A stretch of 42,919 nt of DNA. It comes from a virus (Duplodnaviria > Heunggongvirae > Uroviricota > Caudoviricetes). The stretch lies in IMG/VR virus record IMGVR_UViG_3300028583_002208, one strand, 5' to 3'. A program made the translations under genes and the position numbers. Positions 28,595 through 36,774 of this stretch are shown here, piece after piece. The notes under the pieces are model-generated. The model was not told the origin of the DNA, searched no databases, and saw nothing but the letters and a program-made list of their open reading frames with translations. The first letter of the stretch is position 1. Every line of letters starts with the position of its first letter.

Positions 28595-28851
28595 TATTCC
28601 CCTTCTTCTGTTTTAGTCCAAGGGTAAAACTTATTCTTAGTTTCCATATAATGGGAAGATACTATACATCCATTTTCGAAATCATCTTCTGAATAAGGAG
28701 GTTGATATACAAAACCATTTTTATAATCCTCAAATCCTCTATCCCATGCATAACTATCTCGCATTTTGTTCAACCTTTTGTAAGGATTATCCTTCTCCAA
28801 ACCTGATTTAGAATTTGAATAACCTTGTCTATAAGCATTAGTAACACTCAT
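28594..28851 (-). CDS. Hypothetical protein
   Basis: AY..GY...NPY...W..G motif; translationally coupled. Confidence 0.8.
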   Translation of the reverse strand: MSVTNAYRQGYSNSKSGLEKDNPYKRLNKMRDSYAWDRGFEDYKNGFVYQPPYSEDDFENGCIVSSHYMETKNKFYPWTKTEEGE

Positions 28852-28863
28852 ACCATTTCTCCT

Positions 28864-29052
28864 CTAATTAAAGATTCCACCAATAACACTTTTAAAATAA
28901 TCAATACCTTTGTTGATATATTCCCTTAGCGAAAAGAACATTGCCCCAAGGAGTAATAACACTCCAATAATAGCAATACCTTTCACAAAGGTCAACACCA
29001 CAAGTACGCCAATTAAAACAAAAATCCACTTCAACAAGAATCCCATTTTCAT
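28864..29052 (-). CDS. Small membrane protein
   Basis: Two hydrophobic helices; 62 aa. Confidence 0.75.
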   Translation of the reverse strand: MKMGFLLKWIFVLIGVLVVLTFVKGIAIIGVLLLLGAMFFSLREYINKGIDYFKSVIGGIFN

Positions 29053-29061
29053 AATAATCCT

Positions 29062-29379
29062 CTATCGTACAAAGTGTTTATAAGCGTCTGTGACAACACC
29101 AATCTTTTCAGCAAAGGTAAGTGTCACCTGCAACTCTTTGGCAAGCTCTAACACTTCCTCCATACGCTTATCCTTCTCCGCAGAGGCAATACCTTTACAT
29201 AAAGTTTCCAATTCTAAGATAGTGTCCTCTTTTGTGGCTTGTTCTTTCCAATTCATAACATTGTTTCCTTCTTCCAAAGTTTCTACAATTACATTGTAGG
29301 GTTTGATTAATTCATCAGAATTGGTGTAATTTTTGATACATGATTTACACTTCTGCTGACATTGATCCTTTTTGCACAT
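29062..29379 (-). CDS. Hypothetical protein with a Cys-rich N-terminus
   Basis: AGGAG RBS before ATG 29379 (MCKKDQC...). Confidence 0.75.
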   Translation of the reverse strand: MCKKDQCQQKCKSCIKNYTNSDELIKPYNVIVETLEEGNNVMNWKEQATKEDTILELETLCKGIASAEKDKRMEEVLELAKELQVTLTFAEKIGVVTDAYKHFVR

Positions 29380-29380
29380 G

Positions 29381-29776
29381 TTATTCTCCTTCATCGTTAA
29401 TTTCAGTTTTGAACACAACAGGCATACATACACCTTTAGTTTGTGCATAAGCAATTGCGTATAATCGGGTCGCTCCATCTTCAATACGAGCTTCATCACA
29501 GTTTATCACAATTGGTTTCTTAGGCCAAGAGGTTTTTGCACCAGAAGTTGAATATTGATGGGCAAGAATACTTGCAGAACGAGCCTTTTCTAAAGGAGGG
29601 ACTTCATGTTCACAATTGTGTAGCAACCAGTGTGCAAGTCCTCTATTTATGGCAAACACTTCATGACCAGTGGTGCTATCAATCGAATGAAAGTGTCCAT
29701 CTGCAATAGCTAACAAACTTGTGCGAGATGCTTGTGGTAAGTTGGTAAATTTGCCAAAGTGTTGTGAAATATTCAT
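29381..29776 (-). CDS. ParB/Srx-like domain protein
   Basis: PIVIN.D...IEDGATRLYAIA resembles the ParB DGxHR motif. Confidence 0.5.
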   Translation of the reverse strand: MNISQHFGKFTNLPQASRTSLLAIADGHFHSIDSTTGHEVFAINRGLAHWLLHNCEHEVPPLEKARSASILAHQYSTSGAKTSWPKKPIVINCDEARIEDGATRLYAIAYAQTKGVCMPVVFKTEINDEGE

Positions 29777-29791
29777 AAGGTTTCCTTTTAT

Positions 29792-29992
29792 TTAACGTAC
29801 ACGTATTGTAGGGTTGAAGTGTTGTAAACTTCTTAAAATTTTATTTATATCAGAATCTTCTAACTCCAATTCTACATCACCCTTTTTCAAATATAGTGTC
29901 GTATTAGTGTTACCATTTCCTATGTGATTATACCCTCCATTGTAAGAAGGGTTTTTTAATGTTTGATAAGTAAAAACTTCTAAGTCGTTCAT
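29792..29992 (-). CDS. Hypothetical protein
   Basis: AAGGA RBS; first gene after the 30038-30065 promoter. Confidence 0.75.
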   Translation of the reverse strand: MNDLEVFTYQTLKNPSYNGGYNHIGNGNTNTTLYLKKGDVELELEDSDINKILRSLQHFNPTIRVR

Positions 29993-30037
29993 AATAAGGT
30001 TTCCTTTTTAAATTATATTCCCCGTTGGAATAAGGTA

Positions 30038-30065
30038 ATATTAGCACAACGGGAAACAGTGTCAA
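30038..30065 (-). promoter_or_regulatory. sigma70-like promoter
   Basis: TTGACA-16 bp-TAATAT with extended -10 TG. Confidence 0.7.
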
Positions 30066-30080
30066 CAAAAGTTTTAATAT

Positions 30081-30713
30081 TTATTTGGAAGGGTGATTAC
30101 GGTTCTCCTCACGTTCAACCATTTCCCAATTGTAATCTAATTTGTGGTTGTGTGCGTTACCTTTTAGATTGTATTTCTCATTGCTAAAACTAATCTTCAC
30201 AAATGTTCTCAACCCTTTGCACTCAACAGGATTAACTCTGTGGATAGAGGATTGATCCATCCTAAGAAGGTGCTTACAATCATACGTGGTGAATGAACAC
30301 TTTTCATCAATAAGAGTATTCATTTCTTCCATAGATTTATGATGGCAATGGGATAATTTCATTTCCAAAGGGAAGAACTCTGTTGGATGAGAGTCATACC
30401 ATATGTAATTTATATCATCTGTGCCAAAACCATCACAATGACAACCAGAGCGGTTACCACTTCCGTAAACACGTTTTATAGTGAGGTAAACATATCTCCA
30501 AATATTACCTTTATATAAAGCCTCTTCTATTGAAGCTTTAGTGATTAGGTTTGAGCACCATTGTAAATTGTCTGGTAAAACGTGAGATACTTTTTGCATA
30601 GGCAATCTTACTGGAAGATATTGAACAAAACACATTTCAGCATCAGATACATCTATGTCAACAAGTCCTAAATCTTCTGGCAAGTCTCCGTACACTTCTA
30701 GGAAGTTATCCAT
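30081..30713 (-). CDS. Putative 2OG-Fe(II) dioxygenase-fold protein
   Basis: HCD...H(RV)...R(TFVKIS) arrangement in a beta-rich protein; AGGAG RBS before ATG 30713. Confidence 0.6.
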   Translation of the reverse strand: MDNFLEVYGDLPEDLGLVDIDVSDAEMCFVQYLPVRLPMQKVSHVLPDNLQWCSNLITKASIEEALYKGNIWRYVYLTIKRVYGSGNRSGCHCDGFGTDDINYIWYDSHPTEFFPLEMKLSHCHHKSMEEMNTLIDEKCSFTTYDCKHLLRMDQSSIHRVNPVECKGLRTFVKISFSNEKYNLKGNAHNHKLDYNWEMVEREENRNHPSK

Positions 30714-31053
30714 CTTTATTCTCCTGAACCTTTTTCCAATCGAAATCATTTACCACAGGGATTGATTTCTTCGGAGTGTAAGATTTCTTTTCAAATACAT
30801 AGAGCATAAGTTCCATTTGAACAAAGATGGCACCACATCCAAGGTAAATATATTCTGAGATGTTGTCTGGCATTTCTCCTCCTGTTTTGAACAAAGAGAA
30901 CTCTCTATCCACAAGGGGTGCTTCTGTATCAACAATAGCCCACATCCACAAAGCACCATCTAATCCATCGATACGGATAATGGTTGCACCTTCTGGCATA
31001 GAGACTACAGAATGTTCCATAAAAGGTAATCTGTATTTGTAAATAGATTTCAT
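30706..31053 (-). CDS. Conserved phage hypothetical protein
   Basis: MKSIYKY.L...MP.GA.I...W..VD pattern common in phages; GGAGG RBS. Confidence 0.8.
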   Translation of the reverse strand: MKSIYKYRLPFMEHSVVSMPEGATIIRIDGLDGALWMWAIVDTEAPLVDREFSLFKTGGEMPDNISEYIYLGCGAIFVQMELMLYVFEKKSYTPKKSIPVVNDFDWKKVQENKDG

Positions 31054-31055
31054 AA

Positions 31056-31283
31056 TTATTCCTCCACTTCCTCAAAACATCCCCATATATAAGGGATATC
31101 ACTTTTAAACATATTAGGATTACCTCCTAATCGGATAAACTCTTCTCCCAATACGAGAATCCCTTTCTTATTAGGACATTGGTATACCCCTTCTACAGGA
31201 GTGTTCCATTGGAAAGATTCTTTATCAATTGCGGAATATGTACCTGCATCTGTAGAAGGTGGTGGTGTTAATTTGAATTTCAT
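31056..31283 (-). CDS. Hypothetical protein
   Basis: RBS; tight coupling. Confidence 0.75.
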   Translation of the reverse strand: MKFKLTPPPSTDAGTYSAIDKESFQWNTPVEGVYQCPNKKGILVLGEEFIRLGGNPNMFKSDIPYIWGCFEEVEE

Positions 31284-31295
31284 AATTTATTTTCC

Positions 31296-31505
31296 TTAAC
31301 TAAGTTTTATAATTAAAAATACTGTAGAAGATAACCACATCCAATCTATAAACATGCCTAGCGTACTCTGCGAATAAGTAGCTCTTTTAAAGGTTTTTGC
31401 AAATAAAAATAGCAAGTAGTTCTTTACACTGAACGGAGTAATAGCTACCGTGATGCAAAAGATAATAAGCAGGTACATTTCTAAATTCTTCAATTGGTCT
31501 ATCAT
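31296..31505 (-). CDS. Small membrane protein
   Basis: Two hydrophobic segments; GGAG RBS. Confidence 0.75.
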   Translation of the reverse strand: MIDQLKNLEMYLLIIFCITVAITPFSVKNYLLFLFAKTFKRATYSQSTLGMFIDWMWLSSTVFLIIKLS

Positions 31506-31508
31506 AAT

Positions 31509-31721
31509 TTATTCTCCTTCACAAGTGAATTCAATACCATCTGGTGCAGAGTAATCCATTTCCATCATACCACCGCCACCTTCTGTCCAAGTTTTAGTTT
31601 TGTGTTTAAGGTGAGTAATCTTAGAAAATTGTTTGTGCTTGTTCAACATGTAATATTCAATTGCTGAAATTAATTCTTCTTCTGTCAATGACATTGTGTA
31701 AGTGGGTTTTGACATTTTCAT
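31509..31721 (-). CDS. Hypothetical protein
   Basis: GGAG RBS; tight coupling. Confidence 0.75.
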   Translation of the reverse strand: MKMSKPTYTMSLTEEELISAIEYYMLNKHKQFSKITHLKHKTKTWTEGGGGMMEMDYSAPDGIEFTCEGE

Positions 31722-31797
31722 AATTTATTCTCCAATAATTAATTTTAAAAGTTGTTTATTTGTTTACAAGGTTATCTTAGCAAAATGGAATACTTTG

Positions 31798-32031
31798 TCA
31801 AGAGGGATTTTGGATTAAATTATTCTCCTTTAATTCAATGTTCATTGTACGGGGCGAAATCCATTCATGAAAGTGGTCTCCTTTTCCTCCAGTGGATTGA
31901 ACTTTTAGCACACCATTGGGCATCATTGCTATAAAGGATACCCACCTTTTACCAGAGTATTTCCAGTTGTGATAAGTTATCACCTTTTGTGCTAAGGGTG
32001 TGTTCCTTTTGAGGAGGAATAGTGTTTTCAT
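31798..32031 (-). CDS. Hypothetical protein
   Basis: ATGA overlap with the upstream gene at 32028-32031. Confidence 0.65.
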   Translation of the reverse strand: MKTLFLLKRNTPLAQKVITYHNWKYSGKRWVSFIAMMPNGVLKVQSTGGKGDHFHEWISPRTMNIELKENNLIQNPS

Positions 32032-32351
32032 GTTAAGTACTCTTCTGAGCAAGTAAAAATAAAATCGGCCTTATTCATCCAACAACATTTACCGATATAA
32101 CGATCCTTAATGATAAGGTACTTTTCAGTTTGATAATCATATACAGCGATTAAGTCTGAAATTTTAGCTAAATGATGATTCACAGGAGGATTACGCCAGC
32201 TTTCGTTAATTGATTGGTAAATAGGGGATTCATAATCCTCAGATGAAAGTTTATCACACAGATCATAGAAATTCTCTGGTTCGATAGAACGAAGAAGGTC
32301 TTGGTAAGCTTGTGATGCGTAAACTTGTATAGGTATAATAATACAGTTCAT
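32028..32351 (-). CDS. Hypothetical protein
   Basis: GGGAG RBS before ATG 32351. Confidence 0.7.
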   Translation of the reverse strand: MNCIIIPIQVYASQAYQDLLRSIEPENFYDLCDKLSSEDYESPIYQSINESWRNPPVNHHLAKISDLIAVYDYQTEKYLIIKDRYIGKCCWMNKADFIFTCSEEYLT

Positions 32352-32353
32352 AA

Positions 32354-32707
32354 TTATTTCTCCCATTCCCATTTAACAAGGTCATTAGCACTTTCCAATT
32401 TGCTTTGAATTTCTTGGAAAGCTTCCATTACATCATCAGCTTTTTCTTTGACAATACGTTCAGCTTCAGCTTTAACCTTACGGTTGAATTCTGCAACACC
32501 AGTTTTCTCTTGGCATTGTTCCCACATGTTCTGCAACACTTTCTCTAACACTTCGACAGGAACGTCTATACCATTCATAGTAAGCTTTGCTTCAATAGTT
32601 TCCTTTTCTTTCCACAAAGGTGTTTCAGCAATAGTAGAAGCGATATCATGTGGTGCAGATAGTACAACATGTTCCATAATAGTTTTTCTGTCAAGGGTAA
32701 ATTCCAT
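32354..32707 (-). CDS. Hypothetical helical protein
   Basis: AGGAG RBS; first gene after the 32761-32789 promoter. Confidence 0.8.
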   Translation of the reverse strand: MEFTLDRKTIMEHVVLSAPHDIASTIAETPLWKEKETIEAKLTMNGIDVPVEVLEKVLQNMWEQCQEKTGVAEFNRKVKAEAERIVKEKADDVMEAFQEIQSKLESANDLVKWEWEK

Positions 32708-32760
32708 AAGTATTCTCCTAAAAAGGTTAATTGTGAAGCAACATTGCTTCGATAGGAGAT

Positions 32761-32789
32761 ATATTAAGGGAAAGGTAAGGTGGTGTCAA
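32761..32789 (-). promoter_or_regulatory. sigma70-like early promoter
   Basis: TTGACA-17 bp-TAATAT. Confidence 0.75.
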
Positions 32790-32833
32790 GGGGAAATTTG
32801 AAATAAAAGGGAAGGTTGTTGCGTGTCAGGAGA

Positions 32834-32855
32834 GGGAGGGATTTGGGGGAAGGGT
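32834..32855 (+). other. Putative G-quadruplex motif
   Basis: GGG-A-GGGG-ATTT-GGGGG-AA-GGG. Confidence 0.6.
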
Positions 32856-32856
32856 G

Positions 32857-32877
32857 CCCTCGTTGGAGGGCTTTTTG
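32857..32877 (+). terminator. Terminator-like hairpin oriented against local transcription
   Basis: GCCCTC-gttg-GAGGGC-TTTTT on the + strand. Confidence 0.6.
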
Positions 32878-32884
32878 GTTGGGA

Positions 32885-34108
32885 TTATTTTAGGTTGAAG
32901 GTGGAGAGGATTTCTGGGTGATTGAGTATTTCTTTGGTGAAACATTCAGTAAATCCTCCAAAGGGTGTAGAAGGTATATAGGAATATTCTGATAATACCT
33001 TATGAGTAGCTTTTTCTTTATAGAAAATATTACTATGAATATCTTTATATGTAGCTATGCATTCAGTCTTATAATAGGTATTTATATCCTTTACTCTAGT
33101 ACTAACATTAAAACTTCGGCCTACTTTATAAAAATCTTCGGTATCAGATAGTAATCGGAATAAGTAAAGGTTATCTTCATCCTCTAACCTATCCTTGTAT
33201 AAACCCCAATAACTTCTATCCTTACTGCACTTAGGACATCTGTTGCCTCCTGACAATACATTATAATATAAAGGACTCCATTCTGTTTTACAAGCTTTGC
33301 AACTAAGATTAACCCTTTCCGAAGACTCAGAATCCCAGCTACTAAAGAATATAGGATCGTTTTCTAAACACCTACTAAGATTAAATTCTTTTTGTGGTAA
33401 GCTCCAACGATAACCTACAGAACATCTACAAGATTTAGCACCTGCTTTCAAACTTCCTATGAATATTTGGAATACCCCAGAACACAAACCTCTTTTCACA
33501 TATTCATCATTAGAACATTTAGGACATGTATATTCAAAGTAATTTCTAGCATTACCAGTGGTTACTCTGTCACTTCTCCAGAAGACTGTACCCTCTAAGA
33601 AACCATAATTAGTTTCTAAGTCTTTTATAATTTCGTCAGTTTTACTATCTACAATAGATTTAAGTTTCTCAGATTTACATAATTTGCAACCACCCCCATC
33701 ATAATCTTTCTTAGCAACAGCTCTTGCTTCGGTGGTGTCCCATACATAAGAATGTAAGTCACACTTAAGTTTAACATGTGTAGTAGTACCTTTATAGATA
33801 TCATCTTTGAAACCTATGAAGGTTACAGGAAAACTTTCTAAATTAGTTTTAATCTTCTTTAATATCTTCTTTTCACTCTTATCTTTAGCACTTTCTAAAC
33901 TACAATTACCACAAGGACATCCTTCTCTCATGACGTGCTTTTCTATGGAAGTTGTCTCCCAGTACCTGCAACTGGTCTTACAGTACAACTTACATTTTGA
34001 CCTTCCGTTAATATTATCACCTACAAAACCTAAAAATATTTGTCCTTTCTTTCTAGAAACTTCTGCACACTCATCATACCTTACTTCTAAAGGTATCCTT
34101 TTACCCAT
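32885..34108 (-). CDS. Free-standing homing endonuclease (Zn-ribbon repeats plus T5orf172 GIY-YIG domain)
   Basis: YTCPKCSNDEYV..GLCSGVF shared with 6991-8208; LYLFRL...YKVGRS...R...E. Confidence 0.85.
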   Translation of the reverse strand: MGKRIPLEVRYDECAEVSRKKGQIFLGFVGDNINGRSKCKLYCKTSCRYWETTSIEKHVMREGCPCGNCSLESAKDKSEKKILKKIKTNLESFPVTFIGFKDDIYKGTTTHVKLKCDLHSYVWDTTEARAVAKKDYDGGGCKLCKSEKLKSIVDSKTDEIIKDLETNYGFLEGTVFWRSDRVTTGNARNYFEYTCPKCSNDEYVKRGLCSGVFQIFIGSLKAGAKSCRCSVGYRWSLPQKEFNLSRCLENDPIFFSSWDSESSERVNLSCKACKTEWSPLYYNVLSGGNRCPKCSKDRSYWGLYKDRLEDEDNLYLFRLLSDTEDFYKVGRSFNVSTRVKDINTYYKTECIATYKDIHSNIFYKEKATHKVLSEYSYIPSTPFGGFTECFTKEILNHPEILSTFNLK

Positions 34109-34125
34109 AGTATTATTCCTTACAA

Positions 34126-34150
34126 TAAAAATAAGGGCATAACTGCCCTT
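34126..34150 (-). terminator. Terminator after the DNA polymerase gene
   Basis: AAGGGCA-gtta-TGCCCTT-ATTTTT on the - strand. Confidence 0.75.
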
Positions 34151-34177
34151 AATTTATATATATATATATATAAATTA
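34150..34177. repeat. Perfect 28-bp palindrome containing (AT)8
   Basis: TAATTT(AT)8AAATTA. Confidence 0.95.
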
Positions 34178-36715
34178 GTGAATCTCGTAATAGTTATCAC
34201 CTACACTACTACCTGATTGAAGTTGTATATGGAAAGAAGGTAGATCACTTCCTACAAACCACTTGCTATTTTTCTTGTGCCACTCCCACATTGCAATAGA
34301 AGCTTCTTCATAAGACTTATACATAAGTTGTTTTACATCTTCCACGACATCTTCATCACATTCTACAGTGTACTCATCATGGTAGCTGAGTATACGGTTT
34401 GCAGGTAAATCTAATCGTTTGCTTTCTCTATCAAAATATAGCTCTGCCCACTTCTGACAAGCTGATTCAGTTCCTTGGTCTAGGTAGTTAAATCTGGCAT
34501 GTGGTGAAGAGCAATAGGCATAATATCCGAAAGGTAGTTCTATGTAACCCCCTCTGCCTCGTTTATTCTTCTCGCACATCTTCTCCAGAATAGCCATAGG
34601 TCTGTCTAAACCTATCTTCTCTAGGAACATATTCTTACGCTGGTTACCTTCTCTTTCATCAATACCCAACATTAGTGCAAGTTTTTTACCACTACAGCCG
34701 AATATCACCCCGAATGTAGCCCCTTTACTTTTCTTTCTCCGAAGTCCTATACTCTTTATCATAGCTTCGTCTTGAGTGATAATAGCTTTTTCTACTTCTG
34801 TAGGAGAAACCAGCCCAAACGCTTGCATATTTGTGCAGTGGCCTGATTCGGCTATGTACCAAGGTTTTCCTGTATCGGGATGTAGTATATCATTACCTTT
34901 CTCATCTAGTTTAGTCTCCTGCCCGAAGCATACACTCTGAAAGTAATCATAATTATTCGCATAGTATGCGGCTATCGATAGCTGAGCACTATTCATATCA
35001 TGAGATACTAATTTCTTACCTTTATCAGCTATAATACACTTACGAATTTCTTCCCCAAATATAGCACTCTCTGAGGGTGCATTTACCCAGAGACGATGTG
35101 AACTTCTTAAAGTTCCAGTGGAAGAATTATTAACTCCGCAAGGAATACGTCCATCTTCTCTAACCCCTGATAATATCCCTTTGTTTTCAGGGTCTTTAGG
35201 GTTAGATAAGAATCTACGCCTGTGTACTAACGTATTATAAAGCCCTACCTTTTTACCATCCTCTGTTTCTAATTGGTCGTACTCTTTTTCCCCAAACTTA
35301 GGGGAGGTTACGATAGCTTCACCTTTCTTAATGGGAAATACCATTTGGTGGTCAGGGTGTGCTTTAGCAGGATATCTTACCTCTGTATCAAATTCCGCTT
35401 TTACTACTTGACCTTCTCCATCCTTCTTAAGATTCCATTCCTCAGCATACCGAATACCTTCTTTTATTAACATCCCCTTCACTACTTCATGTTGTGTTAG
35501 TTTACTATCTACAAATTTTATTTTAGTATGAGCACCTACCACAATATCTGTATCTTCTGGTTGTAGTTCGAAATAATCACAAGTATTCTTGTTAAGGAGT
35601 TTAGTCTCTTCTACTACCTTATCAATATCCCAATCTTTAGTTTTAGTATCAGGGTGATTGTCTTTAATCCAATCGGTTAATTGTTTCTTTTTAGTAAACG
35701 AAGGGGATGCTCCGTGACTGATATTGAAACCTGAATACACATTAACCTTCTTAGTAGTATGAAAATTTATAGTAGGCTTATAATACGGTTTTACAGGCTG
35801 ACGTACCATTTCCCCCTCCTTCTTAACTTCTTCATACTCTTCTCTTACTTTAGAAGAATCCATTCCAAACAGTTCTGTTATTTCCTTACGGGATACTTTA
35901 CCCCCTGTCACTTTAACAGTCTTAGGTAAACGAGGTTCTATAAAAGATGCCAACTCTTCTGTAGTCTTATCCAAGTACTCTATACTTTTTAGAACATGTT
36001 CTACATCTATTTTAGCACCATAAACTTCTTGTGCGTGGCATGTCTGAGTGTAAGCATCTTCCATCTTAATACACTCTGTCATATCTATACCTAGATTAAG
36101 AAGGTGTTGCTTTTCTTTGTGTAAATACAATGAAGTTTTTCTTTGGATCTTACAGTCTTCGATGACCCTATGGAGTTTGTATTTATCCATAGTTACCCAT
36201 TCAGTTATGTCAGGTTTCTTAACACCATTCTTAATACCATAAGCCTTGAGTCCGTGAGGAGATTTAGCTCCCTTAACTGCAGGTCGGTCAAACCATTGTA
36301 ATTTACTTTGATTAAAAGTATCTACCCATTTATCGTCAGGTATTTTGCACTTTGGTATTACCTTTTCTACGATAGGTTGGTCGTAACCTTTTGAATTATG
36401 GACATAAAGTTTACCTTCCTTCGATTGTCCTATCTTATACCAATAACGGAAACCTTCTAATAAAGTACCTACTCTTTCAGTTATAGTATATTCTTTTTTA
36501 TCCACATCATCCCATACCTTAGCATTATCAAATTCAGGATTATCATGGAACAATAAAACTACTTCCTCTTCAGTTTCAGGGTCTAACACTATACTACATA
36601 GACAATGAATATTCTCTAAACTTTCTACTTGATCCCATAAACCTTGCGCTTCTATATCGGCATGGTTAGCCAGATTTGCATAAACATCTAACTTACTTCT
36701 TAACTCTTCTTGCAT
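34175..36715 (-). CDS. DNA polymerase, family A (T7-like) with 3'-5' exonuclease
   Basis: ExoI DIEAQG, ExoII HNSKGYD, motif A SHDMNSAQL, motif B RKKSKGATFGVIFG, motif C YHDE. Confidence 0.93.
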   Translation of the reverse strand: MQEELRSKLDVYANLANHADIEAQGLWDQVESLENIHCLCSIVLDPETEEEVVLLFHDNPEFDNAKVWDDVDKKEYTITERVGTLLEGFRYWYKIGQSKEGKLYVHNSKGYDQPIVEKVIPKCKIPDDKWVDTFNQSKLQWFDRPAVKGAKSPHGLKAYGIKNGVKKPDITEWVTMDKYKLHRVIEDCKIQRKTSLYLHKEKQHLLNLGIDMTECIKMEDAYTQTCHAQEVYGAKIDVEHVLKSIEYLDKTTEELASFIEPRLPKTVKVTGGKVSRKEITELFGMDSSKVREEYEEVKKEGEMVRQPVKPYYKPTINFHTTKKVNVYSGFNISHGASPSFTKKKQLTDWIKDNHPDTKTKDWDIDKVVEETKLLNKNTCDYFELQPEDTDIVVGAHTKIKFVDSKLTQHEVVKGMLIKEGIRYAEEWNLKKDGEGQVVKAEFDTEVRYPAKAHPDHQMVFPIKKGEAIVTSPKFGEKEYDQLETEDGKKVGLYNTLVHRRRFLSNPKDPENKGILSGVREDGRIPCGVNNSSTGTLRSSHRLWVNAPSESAIFGEEIRKCIIADKGKKLVSHDMNSAQLSIAAYYANNYDYFQSVCFGQETKLDEKGNDILHPDTGKPWYIAESGHCTNMQAFGLVSPTEVEKAIITQDEAMIKSIGLRRKKSKGATFGVIFGCSGKKLALMLGIDEREGNQRKNMFLEKIGLDRPMAILEKMCEKNKRGRGGYIELPFGYYAYCSSPHARFNYLDQGTESACQKWAELYFDRESKRLDLPANRILSYHDEYTVECDEDVVEDVKQLMYKSYEEASIAMWEWHKKNSKWFVGSDLPSFHIQLQSGSSVGDNYYEIH

Positions 36716-36746
36716 AAGCTTCTCCTTAATTCATTTGAGCTAAATA

Positions 36747-36774
36747 ACAAAAGGCGGGATTAAAAAATCCCACC
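36747..36774 (-). terminator. Terminator overlapping the primase-helicase stop
   Basis: GGTGGGATT-tttt-AATCCCGCC-TTTT on the - strand. Confidence 0.6.

Noticed and set aside
28864-29052. Holin call for the small membrane proteins
   Set aside because: Early-region location and no adjacent endolysin in the window
29380-29499. Long N-terminal extension of the 29062 ORF
   Set aside because: Overlaps the upstream gene; a strong RBS precedes ATG 29379
34175-36715. DpoZ-type polymerase for 2-aminoadenine DNA
   Set aside because: No purZ or datZ in the window, and diagnostic residues cannot be confirmed without an alignment
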